From contig JAGIQG010000019.1 of the NCBI GenBank assembly GCA_024679065.1, positions 16,616,001 to 16,680,000 of the forward strand: DNA of 64,000 nt, written 5' to 3'. Under the pieces are notes generated by a model. The model was not told the origin of the DNA. It saw only the letters and a list, made by a program, of their open reading frames with translations, and searched no databases. The translations under genes were made by a program, and so were the position numbers. Within the stretch, counting starts at the first letter, position 1; the number at the start of each line of letters is the position of its first letter. This stretch comes from Sphyrna mokarran (lineage: Eukaryota). Of this stretch, positions 36,661 to 50,516 are shown piece by piece.

Positions 36661-38249
36661 GTGAGTAATGGCTTCTTTTCTTCAACAGCAGCAAGAGCTG
36701 GAAAGAAGTGAAATAAACACAGATAGTGGTGGAAATATTCAGCAACGCTGACAACACCTGCTGAGTATTTGCAGCACTTTCTGTTTGCATATCAGATTTC
36801 CATCAAGCACAGCATTTCACAATTTGTTCAGTGAAAAAGGGACCTCATTTCAGCGCGAATGATAAATTCATCATTTCCCCATGGGGACGCGCTGTGACTA
36901 TATTATCGAAAGGGAAATGGTATTTTTACTGCCTGAATAAAGGTAGATCTGAGGTGGGAGCTGAGGGGAAATGCTGTGTGCATAAATGTTCACACCAGTG
37001 CACTCTTCTCAAATTCCCCTTTTAGACAACGCCCTTCCATTCAGTCAGACTTATCAACATTTTCTTATGGAGTGTTTCAAATCGTCTGAATCCAGATTTA
37101 CTATTGCAAACAACACAATTGCAACAAAGCCAGCTGTCACAAAGCTGACTGATGTTAACTGCGAGAATATCCCAACTGGGAAACACCACTTCTTGGTTTG
37201 TGCACTTTTGTCTGCTGGAACAGTGAAAGGGACCATGTGTAATTCCCACAGTGAACAATAACCAGCCCAATCATTGCATAACTCTTATTAATGTCTATTT
37301 ATTACAATGAAGAAAAGACACATATACACACAAACAGGATTATAAAACATTTATAAATAAGACTACTAAACCCACCCCCACAGTTTAATAAGGAATTACC
37401 GTTCTGATCCAAAGCAGGTTTACAAGATCTGAACTATTTCAGGACTCCCCTCTGAGCAATAGCATCCAATTCAACAGATATATAAATAAAGGCCAGCTTA
37501 CATTTAACACTGTATCATTATTCTGGGGAACTTCTCTTGTAGGTTCAGCAAAGAAATGGGTTTTATCTGCCTCCACAAAGGTTTCTGCACTCTTGCTTCT
37601 GCTCTGCTAACCAGCAGCACCTTACCTGCTGCTAGCTGGATTTTGTGCCTCAGGTTGCTAAATGGATGCTGCCTTCTGCTTCCACAAAAAATTTGCCAAG
37701 TATATAATTGTTTAGCTTTGAAGATTGAAATCTCTCCTCAGAGGATGGTGTCTCTTCACCAGATTCCCATTATTTACAATCTTATCTCCACTTATAAGAG
37801 TGCATCAGGATCAAAGTCAAAATTCAGAATGTCAGCAACCCTGACACTCCCATTTTTATATACAATTCAGACTCCCTGATTAGTGGGCAATTATTAGCTC
37901 AATCAGGGAGCTTATAGTGCAAGAAGCCAAACTCCTGGCCTCATTGAGGTCATTACAATATCCATTCTTATAGCTGGCTCTATGTCTTCTTGCTTGTGTT
38001 ACTTCCAATATTAACATGAACGTCTTCTCCAAAGTGTACCAATGCCTCCCCAAATTATTTCCAATTTGCAGCATGCTGTGTTTCTTTTTGGTCTGTCTAC
38101 AACTGCTAATCTTGTTATTGAGTTTCCCATCCTGTGATAGACCTTGTAAAATGTTTGCCTATTTACAACAATAACAAAGTAAATCTCACAGATTTACTTT
38201 AGCTTTATGTTGTCCAAAAGTGAAGTTGATTGTGTTTCTTGTTCTTCAG

Positions 38250-38309
38250 AAGTCATCACTACAACAGTGAAACCAACAACAACCAGTTCCACTACCGTCC
38301 CCCCACCAC
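38250..38309 (+). CDS. muc19: Microexon C2, 60 nt
   Basis: ttcAG / GTgagt (last exonic base is C rather than G). Confidence 0.78.
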
Positions 38310-38482
38310 GTGAGTGAAATCTTCTTTTGTTACACAATAGCAAACCAGTGTTGCAAACTGTTCATTTGCAGCAATTTCCAGGCAGTAGAAAGACACTGCT
38401 TCACACTTATTTCTAGTTAGTCACTAACTTCCCAAGCGAACGTATTGATAACGGACTGATTCAGATGAAGCTGGATGAGAAC

Positions 38483-39203
38483 TTATGTTGTAGAGCAACT
38501 GTGTTGTAGAGCAGAAGGATCTTGGGGTCTGGGCCCATAGGACTCTTAAATCGGCCTCGCAGGTCGAGGAAGTGGTCAAGAAGGCATACGGTGTACTGGC
38601 CTTCATTAATCGAGGAATAGCGTTGAGGAGTCAGGAGGTAATGATGCAGCTCTATAAGACTCTTGTCAGACCTCAGTCGGAGTATTGTGCGCAGTTCTGG
38701 TCGCCTCATTATAGGAGGGATGTAGAGGCTATTGAGAGGGTTCAGAGGAGATTTACAAGGATGCTGCCTGGATTGGGCGGCAGGCCTTATGAAGATAGGT
38801 TGAGGGAGCTGGGACTCTTCTCACTGGAGAGACGTAGATTCAGAGGCGACGTGATAGAGGTTTATAAAATGTTGAGAGGAATAGATAGGGTGGACTCTCA
38901 GAGACTATTTCCCCAAGCGGAAATGGTCAATACGAGAGGACACAGATTTAAGGTGCAGGGAAGCAAATACAAAGGAGATGTCAGGGGTAGGTTTTTCACT
39001 CAGAGGGTGGTGAGTGAATGGAACCGACTGCCGTCGGAGGTTGTTGAGGCAAACTCACTGGGGTCTTTTAAGAGACTTCTGGATGAGTATATGGAAAAGA
39101 ATAGGATAGGGAGTTATAGATAGGTCTGTGGATTGGTAGATATGATCGGCGCAACTCGTGGGCCGAAGGGCCTGTTTGTGCTGTATTGTTCTATGTTCTA
39201 TGT
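38483..39203 (+). mobile_element. Unit-specific young CR1/HER1 LINE insertion (721 bp) with AGAAC TSD
   Basis: Uninterrupted ORF 38572-39123 (CR1 ORF2 C-terminus); empty site gatgagaacgtgtac in the other units. Confidence 0.95.
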
Positions 39204-39706
39204 AGAACGTGTACATGAGAAGAAATGTTTTCTCTGTGTTCCTATGTGTACTGTTCTCTCCTAGAATATACTCACTCAACAATATTTCCTGAACCTGTTC
39301 CTAAATATCGCCTGACATTGGAATAATTCCTGCAGTCTGCATTACACGATGATGCTGATATGCAGCATCTTTGTCAAAGTTCAGTGGTTTCCATAACATA
39401 TCTTATCAATGGATCTTCCCCTTAGCATTGTGTGATTTTTAAAATTCTTCCATTTTCATCTCTCGCTCAGTAATTTAGAATATTTTTGAAACAATTACAA
39501 ATTTATAAATGTGGACATGCCTTTCTTCTGTCCAGCTTTGCTCCTTTATTCTCCAAGTTAGTTGAGCTCGTTAGTAGCGACAGACAGTATGTTCCTCATT
39601 CTTGTTCCCTTACTGTGAATTAAATAAGCTAATGTTGGAAGTCTATTAATGCAGCTGGATTTCCAGTCAGAGAGCAGTGGTTTTGAATAATTCTCTTTTC
39701 CTGTAG

Positions 39707-39750
39707 AAGTGACAACTAAAACAAAAGGAACAACATTTCCAACAACAATA
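39707..39750 (+). pseudogene. Microexon D2, 44-nt frame-shifting variant
   Basis: Ends acaata|GTgatt, one nt shorter than acaacag|GTaatt. Confidence 0.7.
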
Positions 39751-40891
39751 GTGATTGAGATTTTCCTTCAATTTTGGAATTTCCTTATGAGACACTCCCT
39801 CGGTTTTGATGATGACTGCCTTCCATCGGGTACCATGGGATGGCAGATGAGTCCAATGGACAATCTGCACATTCTGTCACATGCCGGAAGGATTTTGCTT
39901 TGAGAAAGTTTAGATAAGATGCTTGGGGATTTGTGTACTCATTCGTATATCCCAAATTTATCTGTGCGTTGGTGTTTTTCGGTTGTTTCCATTTGGGTCT
40001 GTCAGAGGCCAAGCACTCCCATGAATTGATGGGGATGTTTGGTGTCATCAGGAATCCTTCAAGACAGCCCTGAGGTGTTTCTTGTGTCCCACGGGTGTCT
40101 CCTTCTACCAGTGCATTCTGGGCAAAGCCGTTGCTTTGTGAGTCTGGTGTCAGGCATCAAATGTCATCTTCTGCCCAGCAGAAATGTTTACGTATAATTG
40201 TTGCTTCACTACTGAATATGTTGTTTTGGGAGAGGATGCTGGCTGTTGGAAAGCCTTTCTTGCCATAGATAAGGAGTACCTTGCAAAGACACTTGTGTTA
40301 CAATTCTCCAGTGTTTTGAGGTGCTGCTGTAAGTTGTCCAATTTGACAAAGCAGAAAAGAGTGTGGTGTTTGTGCTGTGGAACAGAACAAAAACTTAGCC
40401 TCTTGTTTGTAGTACAGGGCCACAATCATCTTTTCAAATCTGCTTCCAAGTGCATCTTAATCAACATTGGCTCAGACAATTCCAGTCCATGAATTTGTCC
40501 TTTGGTTTGATCAAATTCTTTTGGGATGGAGTTATTTGTAAAGTTCAGTATTCTAAATCTGCAATCAGTGACGTTTTCATATTCACAAAAACGGTGTTGT
40601 TACAAGCTCTCCCTTGGGAGGTTTCTATATCGGCAAGGCAGATGGTTAATGTTTCAACAGTTTCGTCTGAAAGTTTGATCCTTTCCTCCCATTCTGTGTC
40701 CTTTTGTGGCTGCTTATTCTAATAAAATTTTCAGCAAAATTTTCTCTCCTGTTCGTAAGGGTACAGTTTGTTCTTCATGCTGGTGCTCACAGTCTGCAGA
40801 CATTTCAATTCCAAAAGAGTTATTTCGAGATGTTGTCAATGTTGCTGTGTTGATAGAGTACTGATTTTGAAAGGTCTCTCTTTGTCTGCAG

Positions 40892-40954
40892 TACCAACGA
40901 CAACAAGAACAACACAGGAAACACCAACCACACCTGGGAAACCTACTACAACAG
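40892..40954 (+). CDS. muc19: Microexon A3, 63 nt
   Basis: tgcAG / GTtagt. Confidence 0.85.
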
Positions 40955-41237
40955 GTTAGTGCTGTTTCCTTTCAATATTCACCAGCATGGCTTTTCACAG
41001 TGGCGTGCTTATCTGCTTCAGTGTCTGTTCATTTGTTCAGTCTTGCCCACACCTCCTGTTCAAAAGAAATGGTTGAAAATTTACTCAACTTTGAATCATC
41101 AATTGGATTTGTGAATCTCATTTTGACACCAAGATCTATATGATAGTCTACATGATGGTTTTCTGGTCAAAGTGGACAGGAATACAATGGTGTTGACATT
41201 GTGGTGAATTGGTTTCATTGTTTCTTTTCTCCTTCAG

Positions 41238-41297
41238 AAAGAGTCACTACAACAGTGAAACCATCTACCATTGGGCCCCCTCCAGGCTCCACATCAG
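41238..41297 (+). CDS. muc19: Microexon B3, 60 nt (ERVTTTVKPSTIGPPPGSTS)
   Basis: ttcAG / GTgagt. Confidence 0.85.
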
Positions 41298-42889
41298 GTG
41301 AGTAACGGCTTCTTTTCTTCAACAGCAGCAAGAGCTGGAAAGAAGTGAAATAAACACAGATAGTGGTGGAAATATTCAGCAACGCTGACAACACCTGCTG
41401 AGTATTTGCAGCACTTTCTGTTTGCATATCAGATTTCCATCAAGCACAGCATTTTACATTTTGTTCAGTGAAAAAGGGACCTCGTTTCAGCACGAATGAT
41501 AAATTCATCTTTTCCCCATGGGGACGTGTTGTGACTGTATTATCGAAAGGAAAATGGTATTTTTACTGCCTGAATAAAGGTAGATCTGAGGTGGGAGCTG
41601 AGGGGAAATGCTGTGTGCATAAATGTTCATACCAGTGCACTCTTCTCAAATTCCCCTTTTAGACAATGCCTGTCCATTCAGTCAGTCTTGTCAACATTTC
41701 CTTATGGAATATTTCAAATCATCTGAATCCAGATTTACTATTCCAAAGAACACAATTGCAACAAAGCCAGCTGTCACAAAGCCGGCTGATGTTAACTACG
41801 AGAATTCCCAACTGGGAAATACGAGTTCATGGAGTGTGCACTTTTGTCTGCTGGAACAGTGAAAGGGACCACCTGTAATTCCCACAGTGAAGAATAACCA
41901 GCCCAATCATTGTAAACCACTTATTGATGTCTGTTTATTACAATGAAGAAAAGACACATATACACACAAGTAGGATTATAAGACATTTATGAATAAGACT
42001 AGTAAACCCACCCACACAGTTTAATAAGGAATTACCGTTCTGATCCAAAGCAGGTTTACAAGATCTGAACTATTTCAGGACTTCCCTCTGTCGCAATAGC
42101 ATCCAATTCAACAGGTATATAAATGAAGGCCAGCTTACAGTTAACACTGTATCATTATTCTGGGAAACTTCTGTTGTAGGTTCAGCGAAGCAATGGGTTT
42201 TATCTGCCTCCACAAAGGTTTCTCCACTCTTGCTTCTGCTCTGCTAACCAGCAGCACCTTACATGCTGCTGGCTGGATTTTGTGCCTCAGGCGACTAAAT
42301 GGATGCTGCCTCTTCCTTCCACAAAAAAGTTGCCAAGTATATAATTGTTTAGCTTTGAAGGTTGAAATATCTCGTCAGAGGATGGTGTCTCTTCACCAGA
42401 TTCCCGTTATTTACAATCTTATTTCCACTTACAAGAGTGCGTCAGGATCAAAGTCAAAATTCAGAATGTCAGCAACCCTGACACTCCCATTTTTATATAG
42501 AATTCAGACTCCCTGATTGGTGGGCAATTATTAGCTCAATCAGGGAGCTTATAGTGCAAGAATCCAAACTTCTGGCCTCATTGAGGTTATTACAAGATCC
42601 ATTCTTATAGCTGGCTCTATGCCTTCTTGCTTGTGTTACTTCCAATGTTAACATGAATGTCTTCCCCAAAGTGTACCAATGCCTCCCCAAATTATTTCCA
42701 ATTTGCAGGATGCTGTGTTTCTTTTTAGTCTGTCTACAACTGCTAATCTTGTTATTGAGTTTCCCATCCTGTGATACACCTTGTAAAATGTTTGCCTATT
42801 TACAACAATAATAAAGTAAATCTCACAGTAAAACAGTGTTAGCTTTATGTTGTCCAACAGTGAAGTTAATTGTGTTTCTTGTTCTTCAG

Positions 42890-42949
42890 AAGTCATCACT
42901 ACAACAGTGAAACCAACAACAACCAGTTCCACTGCCATCCCCCCACCAG
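42890..42949 (+). CDS. muc19: Microexon C3, 60 nt
   Basis: ttcAG / GTgagt. Confidence 0.85.
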
Positions 42950-43613
42950 GTGAGTGAAATCTTCTTTTGTTACACAACAGGAAAACTGGTATCGCAAACT
43001 GTTCATTTGCAGCATTTTCCAGGCACTGGAAAGACACTGCTTCACACTTATTTCCAGTTAGGCCCTAACTTCCCAAGTGAACGTATTGATAACGGACTGA
43101 TTTAGATGAAGCTGGATGAGAACGTGTATATGAGATAAATGTGTGTTTCTGTGTGTATTGGTCTGTCCTAGAATCAACTCACTGAACAATATTTCCTGAA
43201 ACTGTTCCTAAATATCGCCTGACATTGGAATAATTTCTGCAGTCTGCATTACACGATGATGCTGATATGCAGCATCTTTGTCAAAGTTCAATAGTTTCCA
43301 TAACATATCTTATCAATGGATCTTCCCCTTAGCATGGTGTGATTGTTAAAATTTTTCCATTTTCTTCTCTCGCTCAGTAATTTAGAATATTTTTGAAATA
43401 ATTACAAATTTGTAAATGTGGACGTGACTTTCTCCTCTCCAGCTTTGCTCCTTTACTCTCCAAGTTAGTTGAGCTCATTACTAACTGTAGACAGTACGTT
43501 CCTCATTCTTGTTGCCATGCTGTGAATTAAATTAGCTAATGTTGGAAATCTATTAATACAGCTGTATTTCCAGTCAGAGTGCTGTGGTTTTGAATAATTC
43601 TCTTTTCCTGTAG

Positions 43614-43658
43614 AAGTGACAACTACAACAAAGGGAACACCAATTCCAACAACAACAG
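43614..43658 (+). CDS. muc19: Microexon D3, 45 nt
   Basis: tgtAG / GTaatt. Confidence 0.8.
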
Positions 43659-44801
43659 GTAATTGAGATTTTCTTTCAATATTGGAATCTCCCTATTAGA
43701 CACTCCCTCGGGTTCGATGATGAATTCCTTCCATTGGAGATCATGGGATGGCAGATGAGTCCAATGGACCATCTGCATGTTCTGCCGCATGCCAGACAGA
43801 CTTTGCTTCGAGAAAGTTTAGATAAGATGCTTGGGGATTTGTGTACTCATTCGTATACCCCAAATTTATCTTTGCGATGGTGTTTTTCGGTGTGTTTCCA
43901 TTTGGGTCTGTCAGAGGCCAAGCACTCCCATGAATTGATGGGGATGTTTGGTGTCATCAGGAATCCTTCAAGACAGCCCTGAGGTGTTTCTTGTGTCCCA
44001 CGGGTGTCTCCTTCTACCAGTGCATTCTGGGCAAAGCCGTTGCTTTGTGAGTCTGGTGTCAGGCATCAAATGTCATCTTCTGCCCAGCAGAAATGTTTAC
44101 GTATAATTGTTGACTCACTGCTGAATATGTTGTTTTGGGAGAGGATGCTGGCTGTTGGAAAACCTTTCTTGCCATAGATAAGGAGTACCTTGCAAAGACA
44201 CTTGTGTTACAATTCTCCAGTGTTTTGAGGTGCTGCTGTAAGTTGTCCAATTTGACAAAGCAGAAAAGAGTGTGGTGCTCTGTCCTGTACGATAGAACAA
44301 AAACTTAGCCTCTTGATTGTAGTACAGGGATTCAATCATCTTTTCAAATCTACTTCCAAGTGCATCTTAATCAACATTGGCTCAGACAACTCCAGTCCAT
44401 CAATTCAGCCCTTTGTTTCATCCAATCCCTTTGGGATCGAGTTATTTGTGAAGTTCAGTGTTCTCAATCTGTAATCGGTGATGTTTTCACATTCACAAAC
44501 ACAGTGTTGTTACAAGCTCTCACTTGGGAGGTTTCTCTATCAGAAAATCAGATTGTTAATGTTTCAACAGTTTCATCTGTAAGTTTGATCCTTTCCTCCC
44601 ATTCTGTGTCCCTTTGTGGCTGCTTATTCCAATAAAATTTTCGGCAAAATTTTCACTCCTGTTCGTAAATGTACACTTTGTACTTCATGCTGGTGCTCGC
44701 AGTCTGCAGACATTTCAATTCCAAAAGAGTTGTTTCCAGATGTTGACAATGTTACTGTCTTGATAGAGTGCTGATTTTGAAAGGTCTTTCTTTGTCTGCA
44801 G

Positions 44802-44864
44802 TACCAACGACAACAACAACAACACAGGAAACACCAACCACACCTGGGAAACCTACTACAACAG
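44802..44864 (+). CDS. muc19: Microexon A4, 63 nt
   Basis: tgcAG / GTtagt. Confidence 0.85.
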
Positions 44865-45147
44865 GTTAGTGCTGTTTCCTTTCAATATTCACCTGCATGG
44901 CTTTTCACAGTGGTGTGCTTATCTGTTTCAATGTCTGTTCATTTGTTCGGTCTTGCCCACACCTCTTGTTCAAAGGAAATGGTTGAAAATTTACTCAAAT
45001 TTGAATCATCAATTGGATTTGTGAACCTCATTTTGACACCAAGATCTATATGATAGTCGATATGATGGTTTTCTGGTCAAAAGGGAGAGGAGTACAATGG
45101 TGTTGACATTGTGGTGAATTGGTTTCATTCTTTCTTTTCTCCTTCAG

Positions 45148-45207
45148 AAAGGGTCACTACAACAGTGAAACCATCTACCATTGGGCCCCCTCCAGGCTCC
45201 ACATCAG
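45148..45207 (+). CDS. muc19: Microexon B4, 60 nt
   Basis: ttcAG / GTgagt. Confidence 0.85.
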
Positions 45208-46809
45208 GTGAGTAACGGCTTCTTTTCTTCAACAGCAGAAAGAGCTGGAAACAAGTGAAATAAATACAGATAGTGGTGGAAATATTCAGCAACGCTGACA
45301 ACACCTGCTGAGTATTTGCAGCACTTTCTGTTTGCATATCAGATTTCCGGCAAGTACAGCATTTTACATTTTTTTCAGTGAAAAAGTGACGTCATTTCAG
45401 CGCGAATTATAAATTCATCATTTCCCCATGGGGACGTGCTGTGACTGTATTATCGAAAGGGAAATGGTATTTTTACTGCTTGAATAAAGGTAGATCTGAG
45501 GTGGGAGCTGAGGGGAAATGCTGTGTGCATAAATCTTCACACCAGTGCACTCTTCTCAAATTCCCCTTTTAGACAACGCCTGTCCATTCAGTCAGACTTA
45601 TCAACATTTCCTTATGGAGTGTTTCAACTTATCTGAATCCAGATTTACTCTGGCAAACAACACAATTGCAACAAAGCCAACTGTCACAAAGCTGGCTGAT
45701 GTTAACTGCGAGAATGTCCCAACTGGGAAACACTGGTTCATGGAGTGTGCACTTTTGTCTGCTGGAACAGTGAAAGGGACCACGTGTAATCCCAAGGAGA
45801 ACAATAACCAGCCCAATCATTGTATATCACTTATTAATGTCTATTTCCTACAGTGAAGAAAAGACACATATACACACAAACAGGATTATAAGACATTTAT
45901 GAATAAGACTAGTAAACCCACCCCCATAGTTTAATAAGGAATTAATCTTCAGATCAAAAGCAGGTTTACAAGATAAGAACTCTGTCAGGACTTCCTCCTG
46001 TCCCAATAACATCCAATTCAACAGATATATAAATAAAGGCCAGCTTACAGTTAACACACTGTTTACAATTGAATCATTATTCTGGGGAACGTCTCTTGTG
46101 GGTTCAGCGAAGATATGGGTTTTATCTGCCTCTATAAAGGTTTCTGCATTCTTGCTTCTGATCTCTAACCAGCAGAATCTTACATGCTGCTAGCTGGATT
46201 CTGTGGTTCAGGGTGCAAAATGAATGCTGCTTCCTGCTTCCACAAAAAAGTTGCCAAGTATATAATTGTTTAGCTTTGAAGATTGAAATATCTCCTCAGA
46301 GGATGGTGTCTCTTCACCAGATTCCCATTATTTACAATCTTATCTCCACTTATAAGAGTGCATCAGAATCAAAGTCAAAATTCAGAATGTCAGCAACCCT
46401 CATACTCCCATTTTTATATAGAATTCAGACTCCCTGATTGGTGGGCAATTATTAGCTCAATCAGAGAGCTTATAGTGCAAGAAGCCAAATTCCTGGCCTC
46501 ATTGAGGTCATTACAAGATCCATTCTTCTAGCTGGCTCGATGTCTTCTTGCTTGCATCACTTCCAATATTAACATGAATGTGTTCCCCAAATTGTACCAA
46601 TGCCTCCCCAAATTATTTCCAATTGCAGGATGTTGTGTTTCTTTTTGGTCTGTCTACAACTGCTAATCTTGTTACTGAGATTCCCGTCCTGTGATAGACC
46701 TTGTTAAATGTTTGCCCATTCACAACAATAACAAAGTAAATCTCACAGTAAAACAGTGTTAGCTTTATATTGTCCAACAGTGAAGTTGACTGTGCTTCTT
46801 GTTCTTCAG

Positions 46810-46869
46810 AAGTCATCACTACAACAGTGAAACCAACGACAACCAGTTCCACTACCATCCCCCCACCAG
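46810..46869 (+). CDS. muc19: Microexon C4, 60 nt
   Basis: ttcAG / GTgagt. Confidence 0.85.
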
Positions 46870-47535
46870 GTGAGTCAAATCTTCTTGTGTTACACAATAG
46901 GAAAACCTGTGTCACAAACTGTTCATTTGCAGCAGTTTCCAGGCAGTAGAAAGACACTGCTTCACACTTATTTCTAGTTAGTCACTAACTTTCCAAGTGA
47001 ATTGATTGATAACGGACTGATTTCGATGAAGCTGATTGAGAACGTGTACATGCGAAGAAATGATTTCTCTACGTTTCTGTGTGTACTGTTCTCTCCGAGA
47101 ATCTACTCACTCGACAATATTTCCTGAACCTGTTCCTAAATATCGCCTGACATTGGAATAATTTCTGCAGTCTGCATTACACGATGATGCTGATATGCAG
47201 CATTTTGTCAAAGTTCAGAAGTTTCCATAACATATCTTATCAATGGATCTTCCCCTTAGCATGATGTGATTGTTAAAATTCTTCCATTTTCTTCTCTCGC
47301 TCAGTAATTTAGAATACTTTAGAAACAATTACAAGTTTAAAAGTGGACGTGCCTTTCTTGTGCTTAGCTTTGCTACTTTATTCTCCAAGTTAGTTGAGCT
47401 CGTTAGTAGCTGTACACGGTATGTTCCTCATTCTTGTTGCTTTACTATGAATTAAATCAGCTAATGTTGGAGGTCTATTAATACCAGATTTCCAGTCAGA
47501 GTGCAGTGGTTTTGAATAATTCTCTTTTCCTGTAG

Positions 47536-47580
47536 AAGTGACAACTACAACAAAAGGAACACCAATTCCGACGACAACAG
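47536..47580 (+). CDS. muc19: Microexon D4, 45 nt
   Basis: tgtAG / GTaatt. Confidence 0.8.
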
Positions 47581-47753
47581 GTAATTGAGATTTTCCTTCA
47601 ATATTGGAATCTCCCTATTAGACACTCCCTCAGTTTCGATGATGGTACTCACAGTCTGCAGACATTTCAATTCCAAAACAGTTATTTCCAGATGTTGTCA
47701 ATGTTGCTATCTTGATAGAGTGCTGATTTTGAAAGGTCTTTCCTTGTCTGCAG

Positions 47754-47807
47754 TACCAACGACAACACAGGAAACACCAACCACACCTGGGAAACCTACT
47801 ACAACAG
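47754..47807 (+). CDS. muc19: Microexon A5, 54 nt (in-frame loss of 3 Thr)
   Basis: tgcAG / GTtagt; the (ACA)n tract is 9 nt shorter. Confidence 0.83.
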
Positions 47808-48090
47808 GTTAGTGCTGTTTCCTTTCAATATTCCCCAGCATGGCTTTTCACAGTGGTGTGCTTATCTGTTTCAGTGCCTGTTCATTTGTTCAGTCTTGCC
47901 CACACCTCCTGTTTGAACGAAATGGTTGAAAATTTACTCAACTTTGAATCATCAATTCGATTTGTGAACCTCATTTTGACACCAAGATCTATATGATAGC
48001 CTATATGATGGTTTTCTGGTCAAAGGGGAGAGGAATACAATGGTGTTGACATTGTGGTGAATTGGTTTCATTCTTTCTTTTCTCATTCAG

Positions 48091-48150
48091 AAAGGGTCAC
48101 TACAACAGTGAAACCATCTACCATTGGGCCTCCTCCGGGCTCCACATCGG
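48091..48150 (+). CDS. muc19: Microexon B5, 60 nt
   Basis: ttcAG / GTgagt. Confidence 0.83.
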
Positions 48151-49743
48151 GTGAGTAACAGCTTCTTTTCTTCAACAGCAGCAAGAGCAGGAAACAAGTG
48201 AAATAAACACAGATAGTGCTGGAAATATTCAGCAACGCTGACAACACCTGCTGAGTATTTGCAGCACTTTTTGTTTGCATATCAGATTTCCAGCAAGCAC
48301 AGCATTTCACATTTTGTTCAGTGCAAAAGGGACCTCATTTCATCGCAAATGATAAATTCATCATTTCACCATGGGGACGCGCTGTGACTGTATTATCGAA
48401 AGGGAAATGGCATTTTTACTTCCTGAATAAAGGTAGATCTGAGGTGGGAGCTGAGGGGAAATGCTGTGTGCATAAATCTTCACACCAGTGCACTCTTCTC
48501 AAATTCCCCTTTTAGACAACGCCCGTCCGTTCAGTCAGTCTTATCAACATTTTCTTATGGAGTGTTCCAAATTATCTGAATCCAGATTTACTATTGCAAA
48601 CAATACAATTGCAACAAAGACAGCTGTCACAAAGCTGGCTGATGTTAGCTGCGAGAATGTCCCAACTGGGAAACACCGGTTCATGGAGTGTGCACTTCTG
48701 TCTGCTGGAACAGCGAAAGGGACCACGTGTAATTCCCACACAGAACAATAACCAGCCGAATCATTGTATAACACTTATTAATATCTGTTTATTACAATGA
48801 AGAAAAGACACATATACACACAAACAGTATTATAAAACATTTATAAATAAGACTAGTAAACCCACCCACACAGTTTAATAAGGAATTACTGTTCTGATCC
48901 AAAGCTGGTTTACAAGATCTGAACTATTTCAGGACTTCCCTCTTTCGCAATAGCATCCAATTCAACAGATATATAAATAAAGGCCAGCTTACATTTAACA
49001 CTGTATCATTATTCTGGGGAACTTCTCTTGTAGGTTCAGCGAAGCAATGGGTTTTATCTGCCTCCACAAAGGTTTCTGCACTCTTGCTTCTGCTCTGCTA
49101 ACCAGCAGCACCTTACATGTTGCTGGCTGGATTTTGTGCCTCAGGCTACTAAATGAATGCTGCCTTGTGCTTCCGCAAAAAAGTTGCCAAGTATATAATT
49201 GTTTAGCTTTGAAGATTGAAATATCTCCTCAGAGGATGGTGTCTCTTCAACAGATTCCTATTATTTACAATCTTCTCTCCACTTATAAGAGTGCGTCAAG
49301 ATCAAAGTCAAAATTCAGAATGTCAGCAACCCTGACACTCCAATTTGTATATACAATTCAGACTCCCTGATTGGTGGGCAATTATTAGCTCAATCAGGGA
49401 GCTTATAATGCAAGAGGCCAAACTCCTGGCCTCATTGAGGTCATTACAAGATCCATTCTTATAGCTGGCTCTATGCCTTCTTGCTTGTGTTACTTCCAAT
49501 ATTAACATGAATATCTTCTCCAAATTGTACCAATGCCTCCCCAAATTATTTCCAATTTGCAGAATGCTGTGTTTCTTTTTGGTCCGTCTACAACTGCTAA
49601 TCTTGTTATTGAGTTTCCCATCCTGTGATACACCTTGTTAAGTGTTTGCGCATTTATGACAATAATAAAGTAAATCTCTCAGTAAAACAGTATTAGCTTT
49701 ATGTTGTCCAGCAGTGAAGTTGATTGTGTTTCTTGTTCTTCAG

Positions 49744-49803
49744 AAATCATCACGACAACAGTGAAACCAACGACAACCAGTTCCACTACCATCCCCCCAC
49801 CAG
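49744..49803 (+). CDS. muc19: Microexon C5, 60 nt
   Basis: ttcAG / GTgagt. Confidence 0.85.
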
Positions 49804-50472
49804 GTGAGTGAAATGTCTTTTTAGGCAATAGCAAAACCGGTGTTGCAAACTGTTCATTTTCAGCAATTTCCAGGCCGTGGAAAGACACTTTTTCACACTT
49901 ATTTCTAGTTAGTGCCTAACTTCCCAACTGAATGTATTGATAACAGACTGATTTAGATGAAGCTGGATGAGAACATGTACATGAGAAGAAATGTTTTGTT
50001 TGTGTTCCTGTGTGTACTGTTCTCTCCTAGAATCCACTCACTCAACAATATTTCCTGAACCCGTTCCTAAATATCACCTGACATTGGAATAATTTCTGCA
50101 GTCTGCATTACACGATGATGCTGATATGCAGCGTCTTTGTCAAAGTTCAGCAGTTTCCATAACATATCTTATCAATGGATCTTTCCCTTAGCATGATGTG
50201 ATTGTTAAAATTCTTCCATTTTCTTCTCTCGCTCAGTAATTTAGAATACTTTTGAAACAATTACAAATTTGTAAATGTGGACGTGCCTTTCTTGTGTTCA
50301 TCTTTGCTCCTTTATTCTCCAAGTTAGTTGAGCTCATTAGTAGCTGTAGACAATATGTTCCCCATTCTTGTTGCCTTACTGTGAATTAAATCAGCTAATG
50401 TTGGAAGTCTATTAATACAGCTGGATTTCCAGTCAGAGTGCAGTGGTTTTGAATAATTCTCTTTTCCTGTAG

Positions 50473-50516
50473 AAGTGACAACTACAACAAAAGGAACACC
50501 AATTCCGACAACAATA
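50473..50516 (+). pseudogene. Microexon D5, 44-nt frame-shifting variant
   Basis: Ends acaata|GTgatt. Confidence 0.7.
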
